DNA of 64,000 bases from Nitrosopumilus sp. (GCA_965223425.1 OZ245003.1:768001-832000); one strand, 5' to 3'; shown: positions 1 to 10,141, counted from the stretch's first letter. Numbers and translations: made by a program. The notes: generated by a model not told the origin, from the sequence alone.

Positions 1-2
1 CA

Positions 3-1181
3 AGGTCAGAGAGGTCAAAGAGGAGCGCAAAAAAGAAATGGCTCACAGCAGTAGTCGACCTGAAGACGAGACTGGTCATACACTATATAATCACCGATAA
101 GCGTCCAGACAACAGGGACATCTACCGCCTCGTCAAGATGGCCACCGTCGTGGCAGGTATGCCCACAGACATCATAACTGACTGCTACCTGGCATACAGG
201 CCCGCAATCCGAAGGCTTACCGGGGACATTGAAAAGCAGGGCGGGAAGCTGAACCACATACTGGTGCGCGCAAAGAACCAATCCGAGCTCCACTTTAAGC
301 CAAAAAAACCCACAAACGGCGTTCCCAACCACAACAACAGCATCGAGAGCGCATGGTCTACCATAAAGAGGAACATGGACATAATGTCCGGGTACGGGGA
401 GTACCATTCTGACCACGTTATCAGCTACAACATCATAAACCACAACTTTATCAAGCCGCATTCCTCCCTGAGAAAGTTCAGGGCAGTCAGGCAGGGACAG
501 GCAGACATGGTAAACATGACCCCGGCCATGGTGGGGGGATACCCAAAGTGGTTTGCCAACTTTAACGAGCTGCTCACAGAATCGTGGGGGTATGACAAGT
601 CGTTTATCTTCAAGCTGGGCCCGAAGATGCTGGACAGGCTCCGCGTCGGCATACGGGGCAGGAAGACTGTAGCCATAGCCGTCAAGGAGCGGACTGCAAA
701 AAGCATGGTTGCAAAGATAGACAGGAAGCTTCAGACAGAGTGCGGCTTTGAATACGTGCCGGGGAGAAGGGAGTGGCGGCGCGAGATACCGTCGATTATG
801 AACATGAACAGGAGGCGCGAGGACAATATGGGTGCGGTAATGCCGATGCAGACATTTGAGGTGTGCAACAGGTGCGGACTGGCAGCACTCACCATGCAGA
901 CCGTGGTTGAGCTCATCGGGTACAGGAAATCCAACGGCAGGATGATCACGCAGCCAAACTGCCACGGGTGCAGGGCCAAACTCTCCAAGAACCCGAAACG
1001 CCGGACTGGCCGGAACCGCAAAAAAATGACTGAAAAGGTAACAGTTCGAGTTTCTGAAGTTGCATGCGTAAAACACATCAAAATCACAGATTTTACATCC
1101 AATTTAGGCACGGCACTCCAGAAATCCGAATTGTTACCTGAAAAGTCGGTCCTTTTGGGCATCCAGAAGAGACTTGACTGA
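3..1181 (+). CDS. IS6-like DDE transposase with long C-terminal extension (5' end outside window)
   Basis: Frame open from the window start (..KWLTAVVDLKTRLVIHY..); DDE-type motifs IITDCYLAY, NNSIESAWSTIK, HNFIKPHSSL; C-terminal CNRC..CHGC. Confidence 0.7.
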   Translation, partial: RSERSKRSAKKKWLTAVVDLKTRLVIHYIITDKRPDNRDIYRLVKMATVVAGMPTDIITDCYLAYRPAIRRLTGDIEKQGGKLNHILVRAKNQSELHFKPKKPTNGVPNHNNSIESAWSTIKRNMDIMSGYGEYHSDHVISYNIINHNFIKPHSSLRKFRAVRQGQADMVNMTPAMVGGYPKWFANFNELLTESWGYDKSFIFKLGPKMLDRLRVGIRGRKTVAIAVKERTAKSMVAKIDRKLQTECGFEYVPGRREWRREIPSIMNMNRRREDNMGAVMPMQTFEVCNRCGLAALTMQTVVELIGYRKSNGRMITQPNCHGCRAKLSKNPKRRTGRNRKKMTEKVTVRVSEVACVKHIKITDFTSNLGTALQKSELLPEKSVLLGIQKRLD

Positions 1182-1209
1182 TGATCACAAAAATTTAACA
1201 GCAGGGTCT

Positions 1210-1379
1210 GCGGATCACTTTTGAACAGCAGGCCAAAGGGCGGATCACTTTTGAACAGCCATACTGCATTGGCCGGAACCGGCAATTCCGAATCGGGAGA
1301 AGATCTGAACAGCTCACTTTTGACCAACAAGAACCATAGATCACCTATTTTTACCAGAGCCCCAAAATCTTCCAGAACC
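1210..1379 (+). repeat. Right end of the IS: subterminal direct repeats and terminal IR
   Basis: GCGGATCACTTTTGAACAGC at 1210 and 1240. End CCAAAATCTTCCAGAACC (1362-1379) is identical to 2734-2751. Confidence 0.7.
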
Positions 1380-1460
1380 TATAGTTGTCGCTGATTCAAG
1401 GTGATCGACTCAAAAACAGCTAGCCGCATGACTTACCAAACTTACCTTTTTCTTTTTTTG

Positions 1461-1531
1461 TGGACCTGTCGGGAATCGAACCCGGACCTTAAAGTTCTGA
1501 AGTTTAAATGCAACCATTACACCACAGGCCC
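1461..1531 (-). tRNA. tRNA-like gene: Ala-type acceptor stem (G3:U70, A73), CAG anticodon, short variable loop; possibly pseudo
   Basis: GGGCCTG TG GTGT AATGGTT GCAT T TAAAC TTCAGAA CTTTA AGGT CCGGG TTCGATT CCCGA CAGGTCC A folds as a cloverleaf with C31:C39 and C49:A65 mismatches. Confidence 0.75.
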
Positions 1532-1681
1532 ACAATCTTTTTAATGTGGTATACAATAATAATATTGAGTTCTGAGTTTTAAAAAAAAATGCCAATTACA
1601 CCGGCCTTTTTTCTTTTTTCCGTAAATCAACAGGCTTTACAGATATTTAGATTTATAACCCAAGATTTTGAAGAAAATTAG

Positions 1682-2455
1682 ATGAATCTGATATTTGGCT
1701 TGATTCCTGTTTTTGTTTTGTTGTCTGCTATGGCGTTCCCTGTGGTTGGTAATGCAGAATCAGACGGAACCATACCCTCCTGGATCAAGGATATGGTATT
1801 ACTTTGGGGCAATAATGAAATTAATGATACTGAGTTCATTCAAAGCTTACAATAGACCTTATGCGTAATCGACTAAGAATTCAAAATCAAATTGGTTTAC
1901 TAAGGTAAAAATCATCTAGCAATATTAGTTTGATCGATTACGCATAAGGTCTAATATTTGATTAAGCTAGGAATATTAACAATTCCTGAATCAAAAGAAG
2001 TTCCTGCTGCAGCATCTGAATTAATTGATTCGCAGGAAAGGAAGATTGCAAATTTAGAAGAAGAAATAAAAAAATTAAAATCTAAAGAGCAATCACAAAT
2101 TACAGAACCTGTTAAACCGAATAAAAAATTTGATTCAAAAGTAATTGCTGATTTTAATCGTTTTTATCACGAGTTTTTTGAAGCATTCAATGGTTTGTAT
2201 TCTGCATGTCAAAAAGTGAATGATGTAGCCAGTTATTCTGAATATGTTGTGTTATTGTATGAAATTGACAATGCGTTGGTAGTAGAAGTTGGTTATGGTC
2301 TTGAGGGTGTTATAAATAAAATGGTGGATCTCTTGGAATTTTTAGTGTCAGCTGGTTATGATGACAGTTCAATAGGTAGTAAAATGCGTGCTTTGGATAG
2401 TATTAATTCAAAATTTTTTGCTTGCGCGACTGATCTTGGGAAGAGATATGGATAG
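1682..2455 (+). pseudogene. Secreted protein with thaumarchaeal IPxWIK..W domain, split by a MITE
   Basis: Signal peptide plus IPSWIKDMVLLWGNNEINDTEFIQSLQ | YLIKLGIL. Removing the MITE and one TSD (102 bp) restores a 223-aa ORF. Confidence 0.85.
1854..1952. mobile_element. 99-bp MITE, 19-bp perfect TIR, 3-bp TSD AAT (IS5-like)
   Basis: AGACCTTATGCGTAATCGA ... TCGATTACGCATAAGGTCT, with AAT on both sides. Confidence 0.9.
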
Positions 2456-2496
2456 TAAATCAAAACAGGAGAGATTCATAATGGATATGGAGAGAC

Positions 2497-2694
2497 TTGG
2501 CTGTTAAAGAATATGCTGCAGCTGTATTCATATCTCTTGTTGCTACAATAGTTACTTTTTGGATTACATTAGGACTCGTAGTATTCACCATAGATAACAC
2601 GGTGTATGGTGGCCTTATTGTAGCTGTAGCAACTAGCATTATGTTTTTTGGAATGCTGTATTATATCATAATGGATATAGAGAAGAAGAAGTAA
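2497..2694 (+). CDS. Small two-TM membrane protein
   Basis: Two hydrophobic stretches, basic C-terminus. Confidence 0.55.
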   Translation: MAVKEYAAAVFISLVATIVTFWITLGLVVFTIDNTVYGGLIVAVATSIMFFGMLYYIIMDIEKKK

Positions 2695-2704
2695 GCCAAT
2701 GAGA

Positions 2705-2751
2705 GGTTCTGGTAAATTCTAGTGATCTGATCACCAAAATCTTCCAGAACC
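2705..2751. mobile_element. 47-bp minimal IS6-type MITE
   Basis: GGTTCTGG...CCAGAACC; exact reverse-complement copy at 34829-34875. Confidence 0.8.
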
Positions 2752-2902
2752 ATCGAGTGTTCCGCAATGACGAAGATCGAGGTGAAAGTACGTGTAACGG
2801 CGAATTAGGCAACAACTTCGAAAAACTGTGATTATGATTCCTTTTATAACCATTAATTTTTTGCCAAGATTGGTTTTTTTAGAACTTTGATTCATCAAAA
2901 GC

Positions 2903-3547
2903 ATGGCAATGCCTATGGACTATGACGGTTTGAGAACTGACGATGCATCCGAGCGGACTGACAATGTTGATGAATATAGACGAACCTGCATTGACTTTAT
3001 CGAGGATATCTCCCATGACTATGAATCTTGGGTTGATTATTACAAATTACCTGAGGATGAAGACAAAAGAAGGCGAGCAGGTATTCGTGCTACCATCACA
3101 AGAACAAATGAATGGATTGCCAAGGTAGCTCAATCAATTCAAGCAGTAGATGTTGTCATGAATGATGGAATTCAAAAGATGGCAGAATCTACTGCTGGCA
3201 AGCCCTTGGAAGTTGGAGTTTTTATAAATCACCAGTCTAGCTATGCTGAAACAAAACCTGGAATCATAGATGTTAATGTCAAAGCAAGCGGAAGGGAGGG
3301 AAGAAAAATGAAACTAGGATTTCATTTTAAGGATGATCGATTTAGAATAGAATCTACTTGTGGTGCGTATCTGGATGAAAATAATCTGCCCACTGGAGAA
3401 TTTGAAATGATGGATATACATCTGAAGCTCCATGCTGAAAATGCTAAGCAACGCGATGTTATTTCATTTACAGTAACTGTTAGTGAAGTTGAAAATGATG
3501 TTGAAATTGATAGAAGGGGACTTTCAACAATAGTTCATTTGGTGTGA
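2903..3547 (+). CDS. Hypothetical protein (214 aa)
   Basis: ATG-started ORF with host-like composition; no recognised motif. Confidence 0.7.
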   Translation: MAMPMDYDGLRTDDASERTDNVDEYRRTCIDFIEDISHDYESWVDYYKLPEDEDKRRRAGIRATITRTNEWIAKVAQSIQAVDVVMNDGIQKMAESTAGKPLEVGVFINHQSSYAETKPGIIDVNVKASGREGRKMKLGFHFKDDRFRIESTCGAYLDENNLPTGEFEMMDIHLKLHAENAKQRDVISFTVTVSEVENDVEIDRRGLSTIVHLV

Positions 3548-3813
3548 CTTGACGCACAATATCTTCTTCAAGACACTCGATAAAGTTTCCAGTGTTTTCC
3601 AATTTGACCGAATTGATTTCTTCTAACTGTAATAATGGACAACGCGCCGCAGCACAGGACAAGCATTGCACAGGAATTCCTGGTACCCGAACAACAAACG
3701 ATTGCGTCAGTCCTGTCGGGAGTCGATGCATTGAATTATTATATGATATTTTTGTTGGGCTTGGGTTTGCACATAGGATTTACAACCATGAAAACTCCAC
3801 ATCTTACTTACTG

Positions 3814-4742
3814 TCACGCAAAAGGTTTGGAATATCCAGAAATGTATGCCTGTCCATTCTGGTTCTCTATTATCTTGATAGCAGGAGTGTTCATAATTGT
3901 CAGTGCTGAGGAGTGATGGATTGAAAGAATGATGTCTTGCAGCTCGTGATCCTTTTCCATCTCAGTTATTTTCAATCCTGTATTTTGGCATGCCGGCATT
4001 GGAATATGTCTTGAATGTGATTTGGTCAGGTTTTGATCCGTTAAGGAACGTATGATGTTTTGGATTTTTTTCTCGGCTGTATTACGGTTGGACTCCAATT
4101 CATCCTTGAACATAGAACCTGACAAATATTCGGCAGCGAGCTCCTTGGACCAAGATATTGCTTTTTTGCAGTTTTCGATCAGCGACGGAGGGTAGCCAGA
4201 TATGATCGGCCCCCATATGTTGATTTTGCTTCTGTCCTGTTTCATCTCCTTATTTGCATGGTAAAATTCCGACACAATCCCGGATGCTGGCAATCCATTT
4301 ATCTGCGGATCAATGGGGCCCAAACTGGATTGTTTGCCCATCAGGATTTCCTTGCATGCACATGCAATAATGGTTCCACCAGACATGGCAAGCTGGGGGA
4401 CTATTGCCCGCATATCTCCTTGAAATTTTTGATTGATATAGTCTATCAGCGATTCCGTAGCTGCGATATCACCTCCTGGTGTATGCAATATTATATCAAG
4501 GCCTTTTGAGACATCCAATCCCCGTATGGCATTCATGAATCCGTTTTTGTCATTGTCATTAATCGACATTAATGGAGCGATACTTTTCACCGGCTTTTGT
4601 AACCAACCGAATAGTACAGTATAGTGTTTCTTCCAGTCTTGTCGGATATTTTTGTCAGATACCTTCTTCGGATTATATCATACTGAGTGTCTGGAATCTT
4701 TTGTTCTTGTATCTCTCTTTGAATTTCGCTGAAGCTTGGCAT
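3814..4742 (-). pseudogene. SDH/Clp-fold (S49-like) serine protease, 1-nt frameshift near 4607
   Basis: LHTPGGD, AMSGGT, SLGPIDPQ, SHSRHI. The N-terminus MPSFSEIQ..TGRNTILYYS(G)WLQKP is in another frame (one G missing). Confidence 0.85.
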
Positions 4743-4750
4743 TGTCTTTC

Positions 4751-4888
4751 TTAAGAATGAGAGCTTAGACTCAGATAGCTTACGTCCAATTCCTCCTCAT
4801 CATTGTACGTACGATTTTTGTAGTATTTTTCGGATTCTGCCCGGATTTCAAGATCTGTTTCTTTCTCCAATCTGTATGATTTTTCCAT
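4751..4888 (-). CDS. Small acidic peptide immediately upstream of the protease
   Basis: 45-aa ATG ORF ending 8 nt before the protease start. Confidence 0.4.
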   Translation of the reverse strand: MEKSYRLEKETDLEIRAESEKYYKNRTYNDEEELDVSYLSLSSHS

Positions 4889-4912
4889 AATGTAAAAAGT
4901 ATTTCTTACTAT

Positions 4913-6216
4913 CAGTAGTTGGGATTGTACCGTTCCAAAACAGCCCACAAATCACCCGGTAGGCGGTGGTGGCCACCTGACATACACACATGCTGCAAAC
5001 ACGCGGATCATCCTGTTTAAAACACCGGCAAGTGTCACATGATATCTTTGTCTGCCCACCGTGCGACGCAGGCCTATCCAGATGTTGTTTATCACCAGTG
5101 ACAAGACAAACAAAAGCATCCGTACGGAGGGGTTCCTGCTGGCAGTGCGCGCGCGTACGCTCTTTGCAGACCTGTACCCCGTTTCAATTCCCCAACGTTT
5201 TTTGTACTGCTCTGGGATGTACTTGACAACGTCCCTTTCATTCTCGCATGGCAGCGACGTTGCAAATGCGCGATACCTGTCAAACATGGTGCCGTCTTTT
5301 TTCCTGGCGTCATCCCTGATCAGAACCAGGTTGAACGTGAACTTCTCGGAGCCTGATTTTATGGTGTACCTGGAGACATCACCGCGCTTTCCTTGGGCGT
5401 GCTGTACAATGGCGCGCTTGATGCCGGCATTCTTTTTTGCCGGCATGATAAAATGCCTGTGAAGCGATCTGACAGTCCGCATCACGTCTGTTGCGTAAAA
5501 CTCCCTGTCAAAAGGTAGAGGCAGATTCCAAGGTGCAGCTTGGAGCACTTTTTGATGGTTTTACGCACGAACTCGCCGTTGGATGTACCCCGGGTGACCG
5601 GACTGAAGCACAGGTTGGCCTCCTTGCCGCCCTGCACTATCTTGGATGTCATGTATGACTCAAACCTGTACGTTCCTGACTCGTATTTTGACTGTATGAG
5701 GTGTTTGAGGTCGGGGTTTTTGTCATGGTGCGGAATCTTGTGCTTGTCTATTGCAGCTACCGTTGTTTCGTTGCTGATGCGTCGCCTCATGCTGCGGCAT
5801 GCCGTGTTGACCGTATCATGCATCATCTGGTCGCAGAAGCGGTTCATCTTGTCCTGCTTTATGATGCGCAGCTTTTTGAGCAGCCAGCTGCCCGACGGCA
5901 TGCGGATGCCGGGAGAGCCGAGATCGCGTGCGCCGTTGGCGTATCCGTTGGAGCTGGCCATGACCAGAAGCATGTGCGCTGCATCCCTGAGGCTGTACAG
6001 CGTGTTGTGTCTTGTGCCAAAGGCAAGGTTCAGGTGTTGCAGTGCGGACTGGAAGATTTTAAATCCCTTGATGTCTTGATTCTGTTGGTGTGTTTGCCCA
6101 TCTTTTTCGTACATGTTAAGGTGGGTGAGCATGCCTTGTATTTGGATCTGGTTGATCGTGTTTTGTTCTCAAAATGATCAGTTTGGGCTATCCAAAATGT
6201 ACAATCCCAACTACTG
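4913..6216 (-). mobile_element. ISH3-family IS, copy 1 (transposase frameshifted: 6132-5482 and 5548-4952)
   Basis: 18-bp TIR CAGTAGTTGGGATTGTAC, 5-bp TSD ACTAT; motifs AAID, DREFY, YKKRWGIETGY. Confidence 0.92.
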
Positions 6217-6449
6217 ACTATAAATAAAGATTGATTTGAGTGTTCTGTTTTGACACGTAGTTATTCTTCATGTAATATTGATTTGTTAATTCATTGTCTC
6301 GAGCAGGCGGATCAGTAAACTACACATTAATTCTGTCCATCAGTAACAACTCATTGCAACTCTAACGTGACTAATAGTGAATTCACCAGAAAAGATTATC
6401 CATGTATGTTTCATATGTTTTCATAATACGACTCTAGGAATTGTTTAGA

Positions 6450-7511
6450 TTAAATCTCTATTTTACGCATAACTTTAATAAATTCTAAGAATAACTCCTC
6501 TAGCGTGGGTGTCAGGTACACCCCATCAAGACCATTCTTGTGACCCATTAGCTTCTCTGCTATGTTATAGTTTACACTGTTGTTCAATTTCAGTATGGTA
6601 TTGAATCTTTTTCTAAATCCATGATCTGCCTGCACATCATAGCGTTTGTCTTGTTTGTATCTTGTTATTCCGCTACTTGATAGCATTCTGTATATGACAG
6701 AGCGCACGCCGCTCCATCCAAGCTGTTTTTGCGTCGTTGTTTTACATGTTGTAAAGATAGGAGTGTCATCATAAAAAGACTCGCCATTTCGCCTGCGAAG
6801 ATCATGGTATTGTTTTAGCATCCGTGATGCTTGTGGAGTAAGAAATGTCCAATACTCTTCTATGTGATCTGCATAAAGCAGAACACCAATGCATCCGTGC
6901 GGCATCTTTCTTATGTGTCTGACCAACAAATCATGATCAAAGACTCCTATTCTAGCACCTGTTGATGCAAGAAAGTGAATTAGGGCCTTGTTTCTAATGT
7001 TTTTTGTGCTAGACAATAATATTTTGATCTCATCGGCGGTGCATGCTCTCAGGTTTTGGGTCTTTTGTTTTTGTGGGAACATCTTGTGTATTATGTTCCA
7101 GTTGAGGTTGATTCCATTCATTACACAAAAGTGCTTTATCCCACGAAACAATGACGGTAGTGTGTTTGGATTTGTTGTCTGTTTTAGATCTATCAAATAA
7201 TCTTCCAACAGGCGTTGTAGTTTCAGAGTAGGAATATGTAAAAGCTGATCCGAGGAATTTTTCTCCGTAAATTTCATGAATTGGTTCAGATGCGATGTAT
7301 AGTTCATTTTTGTGTATTTTGAATGTATTGATTCTTCAAACAATATCTGACTTCTCTGGAGGTTTGATTTTAGGGTCATTAGTTCATTATTTGCTTGCAC
7401 AATCAATATTTTTGTGCAAGTGTTTACAGATGTGGATGTTTTATTTTCATATCCTAGATCAATCTTCCCAGAAGTATCAATTTTTCCCTTGAACTGCAAC
7501 AGGTAATTCAT
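6450..7511 (-). CDS. Tyrosine recombinase/integrase (true start may be ~40 codons downstream)
   Basis: Catalytic set ASTGAR, HGFRK, LMGH, GVY. Confidence 0.9.
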   Translation of the reverse strand: MNYLLQFKGKIDTSGKIDLGYENKTSTSVNTCTKILIVQANNELMTLKSNLQRSQILFEESIHSKYTKMNYTSHLNQFMKFTEKNSSDQLLHIPTLKLQRLLEDYLIDLKQTTNPNTLPSLFRGIKHFCVMNGINLNWNIIHKMFPQKQKTQNLRACTADEIKILLSSTKNIRNKALIHFLASTGARIGVFDHDLLVRHIRKMPHGCIGVLLYADHIEEYWTFLTPQASRMLKQYHDLRRRNGESFYDDTPIFTTCKTTTQKQLGWSGVRSVIYRMLSSSGITRYKQDKRYDVQADHGFRKRFNTILKLNNSVNYNIAEKLMGHKNGLDGVYLTPTLEELFLEFIKVMRKIEI

Positions 7512-7612
7512 GATTCTACAGATTCTAGGCGTATGTGATTCTTTGTGGTAGAAAGTTTCTCCTCTTGATAATCTCTATGAAGTACTTCTGGGAAGACTTG
7601 ACTAATAATGCC

Positions 7613-7826
7613 GTGAGTACGACCATACAAAAAAAAAACGTATGCTGTGGTAATAACCAAAGATCTTGAAGAAGGAGGATTTGTCGGTGCGTGTGATGAG
7701 ATGCACGCAGTCTCAGAAGGAGAGACATTTGGGGAGATAATGGAAAACATGAAGGAGGCATTAGAGCTGGCAGCTGAGGAGTGCGGAAGTCCAACTGACT
7801 TTAACATGCTCATAATAGAACAATAG
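7613..7826 (+). pseudogene. hicB: HicB-family antitoxin; A10 run puts the likely start out of frame
   Basis: YAVVITKDLEEGGFVGACDEMHAVSEGETFGEIMENMKEALEL. Confidence 0.75.
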
Positions 7827-8061
7827 TGTCAAAGTTTCCAAGGATATCAGGCAATCAAATGACAAGATATCTGCAAAACAAAGGATTTGTCATAACCCAA
7901 AGAAAAGAAAGTCATATAACGCTAAGAAATAGAAACGTCGTTACCGTTGTACTGTAGGCAATAAAAAATTGAGGATTAGAACTCAGTTTTCTATATTGGT
8001 ATATGCCAACATAAGTAAAGAAAAATTTGTTGATGATTACGAGAATAGATTGATAACATAA
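7826..8061 (+). pseudogene. hicA: HicA-family toxin, frameshifted
   Basis: MSKFPRISG..KGFVITQRKESH..VTVV then a frameshift to VGNKKLRIRT..; GSH motif altered to ESH. Confidence 0.75.
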
Positions 8062-8202
8062 AATCTACAAAAAATACCGACATTGCAAGTGTCACGTACC
8101 CATAACCCCCCCCTCCTGTTGGGCCTTCTTCAATCACTGATACTGCGCAACGGACAAAAAATAATTAACATTTTAAGGGCACTAAAAAAACAGCCATACA
8201 TA

Positions 8203-9546
8203 ATGATCAAAAAAAAGAAGTTTCTCATTGTTGGTGGAGGCGGTCGCGAATGCGCGTTTGCGACCAGGCTTGCCGAAGATACGCAGCTGTATGCAGTCAT
8301 GCCGCACGAGAACACAATCATCGCAGATTGCACCAGACGATCAGGGGGGGCATACGTGGTAGGCGATGCAGACGACCCGCAAACGGTGGTAAACTTTGCA
8401 AAAAAACATGCCATTGACTATGCCTTTATCAATTCGGACAGGCCTCTGGCCAACGGAGTCGTCGATGCCCTTCTCGAAAACGACTTCAAAGCCATCGGGG
8501 GGACAAAAAATGCAACGCGAATTGAATGGGACAAGGTATACTCCATACAGATGATGCAAAAAGTATGTCCAGAGTTTACCCCCTTTTACAGAGCAGTCTC
8601 AAATGTAGGAGAGATAAACAACGCACTCTCTGAGTTTGAATCAAGGGGACTTGATGCGGTGGTAAAACCGCAGGGGCTTACGGGCGGCAAGGGTGTCAAG
8701 GTTATGCCAGAACACCTATCGACATACAAGGACTGCGCCGATTACGCCTCCTTTCTTATTGCCAAAAACCCCGGCGAGAAGGTTCTGCTGGTGGAAAAAC
8801 TAGAGGGGATAGAATTTACTGTCATGGGAATAACTGACGGTGAGAGACTGGTGGCATCTCCTGCAAGCTATGACTATCCGTTTAGATGTGAAGATGACCG
8901 TGGGGCTGGAACCGGCGGCATGGGCTGCTTTACTGACTCGGAGAAAAAACTCCCATTTATGAACGACGAGGATCTGGATGACTGCAGGTTCATAATGCAG
9001 AGAATAATCGACGAGATGAGATCAGAGGACCTGTTTTTTAACGGCGTCCTCAACGGGGGATTCTTCAAAACACGCGACGGCATAAAGTTCATGGAGTTCA
9101 ACGGACGCTTTGGCGACCCGGAGGGATTAAACATTCTCAGCGTTCTTGAAGGGTCCTTCTCCGGACTGTTGATGCGCCTCTGGGACAAGACGCTGTCTGA
9201 GGACAACGTGTCCTTTCTCAAAAAGGCAAGCGTTGTGAAATATATGGTGGCAAAAGAGTATCCGGATGAAAGCGACGATGCAACCTCCTTTGCAATGGAT
9301 GAAAAAGACATAGAGGAGCTCGGCGTAACAATATTCCTTGCATCATGCATAAGGACGGGGGAACACCAATATACAACGCTCAAAAAGTCGCGGGTCGTGG
9401 CATTTTGCGCAGTTGCAGACAGCATAGAGGCAGCATCGTCTGTCATAGACACGGCAATCGATGCCCATTTCCACGGGGAACTGGAGTACCGACGCGATAT
9501 CGGATCCCCCAAGAGCTTGGAAAAATTGCAAAACGCACTGAGTTAA
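8203..9546 (+). CDS. purD: Phosphoribosylamine-glycine ligase
   Basis: LIVGGGGRECA, VVKPQGLTGGKGV, GTGGMG, EFNGRFGDPE, YRRDIG. Confidence 0.9.
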   Translation: MIKKKKFLIVGGGGRECAFATRLAEDTQLYAVMPHENTIIADCTRRSGGAYVVGDADDPQTVVNFAKKHAIDYAFINSDRPLANGVVDALLENDFKAIGGTKNATRIEWDKVYSIQMMQKVCPEFTPFYRAVSNVGEINNALSEFESRGLDAVVKPQGLTGGKGVKVMPEHLSTYKDCADYASFLIAKNPGEKVLLVEKLEGIEFTVMGITDGERLVASPASYDYPFRCEDDRGAGTGGMGCFTDSEKKLPFMNDEDLDDCRFIMQRIIDEMRSEDLFFNGVLNGGFFKTRDGIKFMEFNGRFGDPEGLNILSVLEGSFSGLLMRLWDKTLSEDNVSFLKKASVVKYMVAKEYPDESDDATSFAMDEKDIEELGVTIFLASCIRTGEHQYTTLKKSRVVAFCAVADSIEAASSVIDTAIDAHFHGELEYRRDIGSPKSLEKLQNALS

Positions 9547-9721
9547 ATCCCTTATTTCAAAAAAAAAAACAGGCCAGAAATCAAACCAATGTATCCTGTA
9601 GATGTATCGCACTAGCGGCAACCTGATGCATAATCGATCAAGCTGATACCTCTGGATGATTCTACCATGTAAACACAGTTTGCTTTTGAATCTTCACTGA
9701 TTACGCCTAATCCGCACTGAA

Positions 9722-10051
9722 TTAGTTGGAGCTAGAGTCTAATGTAACTTCGACTGTCACTCTCTTCTCTTTTGCCCGTTCTTCTCCTGGATACTTTAAC
9801 TCAGAAATTTTTTTACTCAATTCATCATCTGTCACAACTTTTGCTTTTCCTGATAAGACCAAATCATTATGTTTTATTTTCACTTCTGGATTTGTTACAA
9901 CATTTTTGAACCAGTCGCCGTCTGGCCTGTGTCTTGAAAAATAGATTTTCCCATCATAATTTACTGCACGAAGCATGACAGAGTGCCGTTTTCCGGTCTT
10001 TCTTCCCTTTGTAGTGAGAATTGGACAAAATAATTTCTCCTTTATTTCCAT
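9722..10051 (-). CDS. F420-dependent nitroreductase (DDN-like) split-barrel protein
   Basis: LTTKGRKTGK..DWFKN..NPEV. Confidence 0.75.
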   Translation of the reverse strand: MEIKEKLFCPILTTKGRKTGKRHSVMLRAVNYDGKIYFSRHRPDGDWFKNVVTNPEVKIKHNDLVLSGKAKVVTDDELSKKISELKYPGEERAKEKRVTVEVTLDSSSN

Positions 10052-10141
10052 GCGTGATTTTTTCCTGTCAAGTAATTTAACCTCATTGCTAGAAATTTCT
10101 GATATTTGGTATGATAAGCAAATCCGAACATTTGAAGATAC

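Noticed and set aside
15-1076. 353-aa minus-strand ORF (and similar antisense ORFs in the ISH3 copies and purD)
   Set aside because: Shadows of GC-rich genes on the opposite strand; no motifs.
1461-1531. Reading the tRNA as Sec/opal (UCA), or as evidence of genome-wide CUG reassignment
   Set aside because: The UCA register breaks the anticodon stem and there is no long arm. CTG encodes conserved Leu in sufB (KGLSK) and hemL (ALLLG).
6450-9700. att sites for the integrase (e.g. a duplicated tRNA 3' end)
   Set aside because: No repeat of the tRNA end was found by eye in the window.
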